DNA of 64,000 nucleotides from Candidatus Nanosyncoccus sp. (GTDB lineage Bacteria; Patescibacteriota; Saccharimonadia; Saccharimonadales; Saccharimonadaceae): NCBI GenBank assembly GCA_045641305.1, contig JAZUGS010000013.1, positions 421 to 64,420 of the forward strand, read 5' to 3'. Shown piece by piece: positions 63,670 to 64,000 of this stretch (position 1 is its first letter; each line of letters starts with the position of its first letter). The notes under the pieces were generated by a model. It saw only the letters and a program-made list of their open reading frames with translations, ran no database searches and was not told where the DNA came from. The position numbers and the translations under genes were made by a program.

Positions 63670-64000
63670 TTATTCTGCATTGGTATGAACTGCAGTAACA
63701 TCGTCCAAATCATCAATTGAATCAAGGAGTTTTTCGAGCTTTTCTGCGGTTTCGCCTTCTACTGGAACAGTATTATTAGGGACATATTGAAGCTCAGCAG
63801 AAGTAACGGTCATCCCCGCCTCGATAAGCGCCGCACGCACCTTCATAAGATCGGAAGCTGCCGTATAAACCACAATGCTTTCATCTTCTTCGGAGGCATC
63901 TTCGGCTCCAGCCTCAAGCGCAGCCATTAAAGCTTCTTCGCCTTTATCGGAAATCTCAATCACGCCTTTGCGAGTAAATTGAAACATAACCGAACCCGGA
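63670..64000 (-). CDS. YebC/PmpR-family protein (3' part; runs off window end)
   Basis: FQFTRKGVI, ALEAGAED, AELQY.P and DLDDVTAVHTN motifs. Confidence 0.9.
   Translation of the reverse strand, partial: PGSVMFQFTRKGVIEISDKGEEALMAALEAGAEDASEEDESIVVYTAASDLMKVRAALIEAGMTVTSAELQYVPNNTVPVEGETAEKLEKLLDSIDDLDDVTAVHTNAE

Noticed and set aside
1-64000. CRISPR array or cas genes
   Set aside because: No regularly spaced repeat-spacer series and no Cas motifs were seen.

Overview
This is a bacterial chromosome segment (genetic code 11) that looks like Saccharibacteria (TM7, Patescibacteria/CPR). That placement is inferred from the GFTIIEVVLVLAIAGLIFLMVFVALPALQ-type pilin, the compact gene set and pervasive leaderless extended -10 promoters. 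Housekeeping genes include radA, tsaB/E, a Mur ligase, lepA, pnp, rpsO, truB, recX/recA, murB, folD, tpiA, grpE/hrcA, adk, aspS, type IV pilus genes and seven tRNAs. Five accessory systems stand out. (1) A complete diversity-generating retroelement next to tRNA-Arg: a MutS-I/Avd fusion, an RT, a template region and a FISUMP-type surface target. 25 of 26 TR/VR mismatches fall at TR adenines, and the TR is transcribed convergently to the RT. (2) A candidate invertible-promoter switch: two divergent paralogous 3-gene surface cassettes share a 99-100 bp inverted repeat, a single consensus promoter lies just inside one repeat, and a tyrosine recombinase follows. (3) Three unannotated small-peptide/convergent-antisense-RNA modules with type I toxin-antitoxin architecture and covarying stems, plus a shared upstream GCCTAGGC box. 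(4) A lepA split in two by an inserted opposite-strand gene. (5) An in-frame palindromic insertion in truB. All functional assignments come from motif recognition by eye; no database searches were run.
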